A stretch of 64,000 nucleotides of DNA from the human T2T-CHM13v2.0 reference genome, Homo sapiens. The translations under genes were made by a program, and so were the position numbers. A model generated the notes under the pieces. That model did not search any database. It was given only the letters and a program-made list of their open reading frames with translations, and was not told the origin of the DNA. The DNA is taken from the NCBI RefSeq assembly GCF_009914755.1, contig NC_060937.1, one strand, 5' to 3'. Positions 58,066 to 64,000 of this stretch are shown here, in pieces (within the stretch, counting starts at the first letter, position 1; the number at the start of each line of letters is the position of its first letter).

Positions 58066-58736
58066 TTAATTTATACTTTAAGTTCTGGGGTACATGTGCA
58101 GAATGTGCAGGCTTATTACATAGGTATACATGTGCCATGGTGATTTGCTGCACCCATCAACCCATCATCTACATTAGGTATTTCTCATAATGCTACCTCT
58201 CCCCTAGCCCCCCATCCCCTGACAGGCCCTGGTGTGTGATGTTCCCCTCCCTGTGTCCATGTGTTCTCATTGTTCACTTCCCACTTATGAGTGAGAACAT
58301 GCAGTGTTTGGTTTTCTGTTCTTGTATTAGTTTGTTGAGAATGATGGTTTCCAGCTTCATCCATGTCTCTGCAAAGGACATGAACTCATCCTTTTTTATG
58401 GCTGCATAGTATTCCATGGTGTATATGTGCCACATTTTCTTTACCCAGTCTGTCACCGATGGGCATCTGGGTTGGTTCCAAGTCTTTGCTATTGTGAACA
58501 GTGCTGCAATAAACATACATGTGCATGTGTCTTTATAGTAGAATGATTTATAATCCTTTGAGTATATACCCAGTAATGAGATTGCTGGGTCAAATGGTAT
58601 TTCTAGTTCTAGATCCTTGAGGAATTGTCACAGTGTCTTCCACAATGGTTGAACTAATTTATACTCCCACCAACAGTGTAAAAGCGTTCCTATTTCTCCA
58701 CATCCTCTTCAGCATCTGTTGTTTCCTGACTTTTTA
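58066..58736 (-). mobile_element. 5'-truncated LINE-1 (L1PA7-like), ~0.67 kb
   Basis: 3' UTR plus ORF2 C-terminus; 18-bp TSD ATGAGTGCCCAGATTTTT at 58048-58065 and 58737-58754. Confidence 0.92.
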
Positions 58737-58772
58737 ATGAGTGCCCAGATTTTTAACATAGCAGACAGAATG

Positions 58773-59264
<492 letters not shown>

Positions 59265-59584
59265 AAAATGTACTTTCTCTGGAGTCAAGTGAATGATGTT
59301 TGATTTTACAATTGGTCCTGGCTTTTTTTTTTTTTTTTTTTTTTACAGTTTTATTTTTATTTATTTTTAAAAAATTATTATTATACTTTAAGTTTTAGGG
59401 TACATGTGCACAATGTGCAGGTTAGTTACATATGTATACATGTGCCATGCTGGTGTGCTGCACCCATTAACTCGTCATTTAGCATTAGGTATATCTCCTA
59501 ATGCTATCCCTCCCCCCTCCCCCCACCCCACAACAGTCCCCAGAGTGTGATGTTCCCCTTCCTGTGTCCATGTGTTCTCATTGT

Positions 59585-63412
<3,828 letters not shown>

Positions 63413-63475
63413 TATGATGTTAGCTGGGTATTTTGCTCGTTAGTTGATGCAGTTTCTTCCTAGCCTCGATGGTCT

Positions 63476-64000
63476 TTACAATTTGGCATGATTTTGCAGT
63501 GGCTGGTACCGGTTGTTCCTTTCCATGTTTAGCGCTTCCTTCAGGAACTCTTTTAGGGCAGGCCTGGTGGTGTGACAAAATCTCTCAGCATTTGCTTGTC
63601 TGTAAAGTATTTTATTTCTCCTTCACTTAGGAAGCTTATTTTGGCTGGATACGAAATTCTGGGTTGAAAATTCTTTTCTTTAAGAATGTTGAATATTGGC
63701 CCCCATTGTCTTCTGGCTTGTAGAATTTCTGCTGAGAGATCCGCTGATAGTCTGATGGGCTTCCCTTTATGGGTAACCCGACCTTTCTCTCTCGCTGCCC
63801 TTAACATTTTTCCCTTCATTTCAGCTTTGGTGAATCTGACAATTATGTGTCTTGGAGTTGCTCTTCTTGAGGAGTATCTTTGTGGTGTTCTCTGTATTTC
63901 CTGAATCTGAATGTTGGCCTGCCTTGCTAGATTGGGGAAGTTCTCCTGGATAATATCCTGCAGAGTGTTTTCCAACTTGGGTTCATTCTCCCCGTCACTT
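63476..64000 (-). pseudogene. L1 ORF1p C-terminal part (truncated by the window, frameshifted)
   Basis: ENTLQDIIQENFPNLARQANIQIQEIQRTP...LRDFVT, then frame change near 63570. Confidence 0.85.

Overview
Primate (human-like) genomic DNA dominated by interspersed repeats; no host protein-coding exon could be recognised. It holds four long LINE-1 elements: two older full-length minus-strand copies (L1PA7-like; ~11.7-18.1 kb and ~30.5-36.9 kb), a full-length plus-strand L1PA2-like copy (40.3-46.4 kb, intact ORF0, disrupted ORF1/ORF2) and a minus-strand L1PA3/4-like copy running off the right edge. Also present are a complete MST MaLR provirus, solo LTRs, Alus, L2/MIR and DNA transposon relics, and a CpG-rich promoter-like element with a near-perfect RFX X-box at ~11.06 kb. 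Most notable: (1) a MER41A-type ERV RNA inserted by L1 machinery (R-U5...U3-R-polyA, 14-bp TSD); (2) an inverted young L1 pair with different-subfamily ends but shared unusual variants in the middle, suggesting gene conversion and a candidate inversion of the 13-kb spacer; (3) a similar sharing signal between the two older direct L1s. Repeat family names come from recalled consensus sequences, not from a search, and boundaries without TSDs are approximate.
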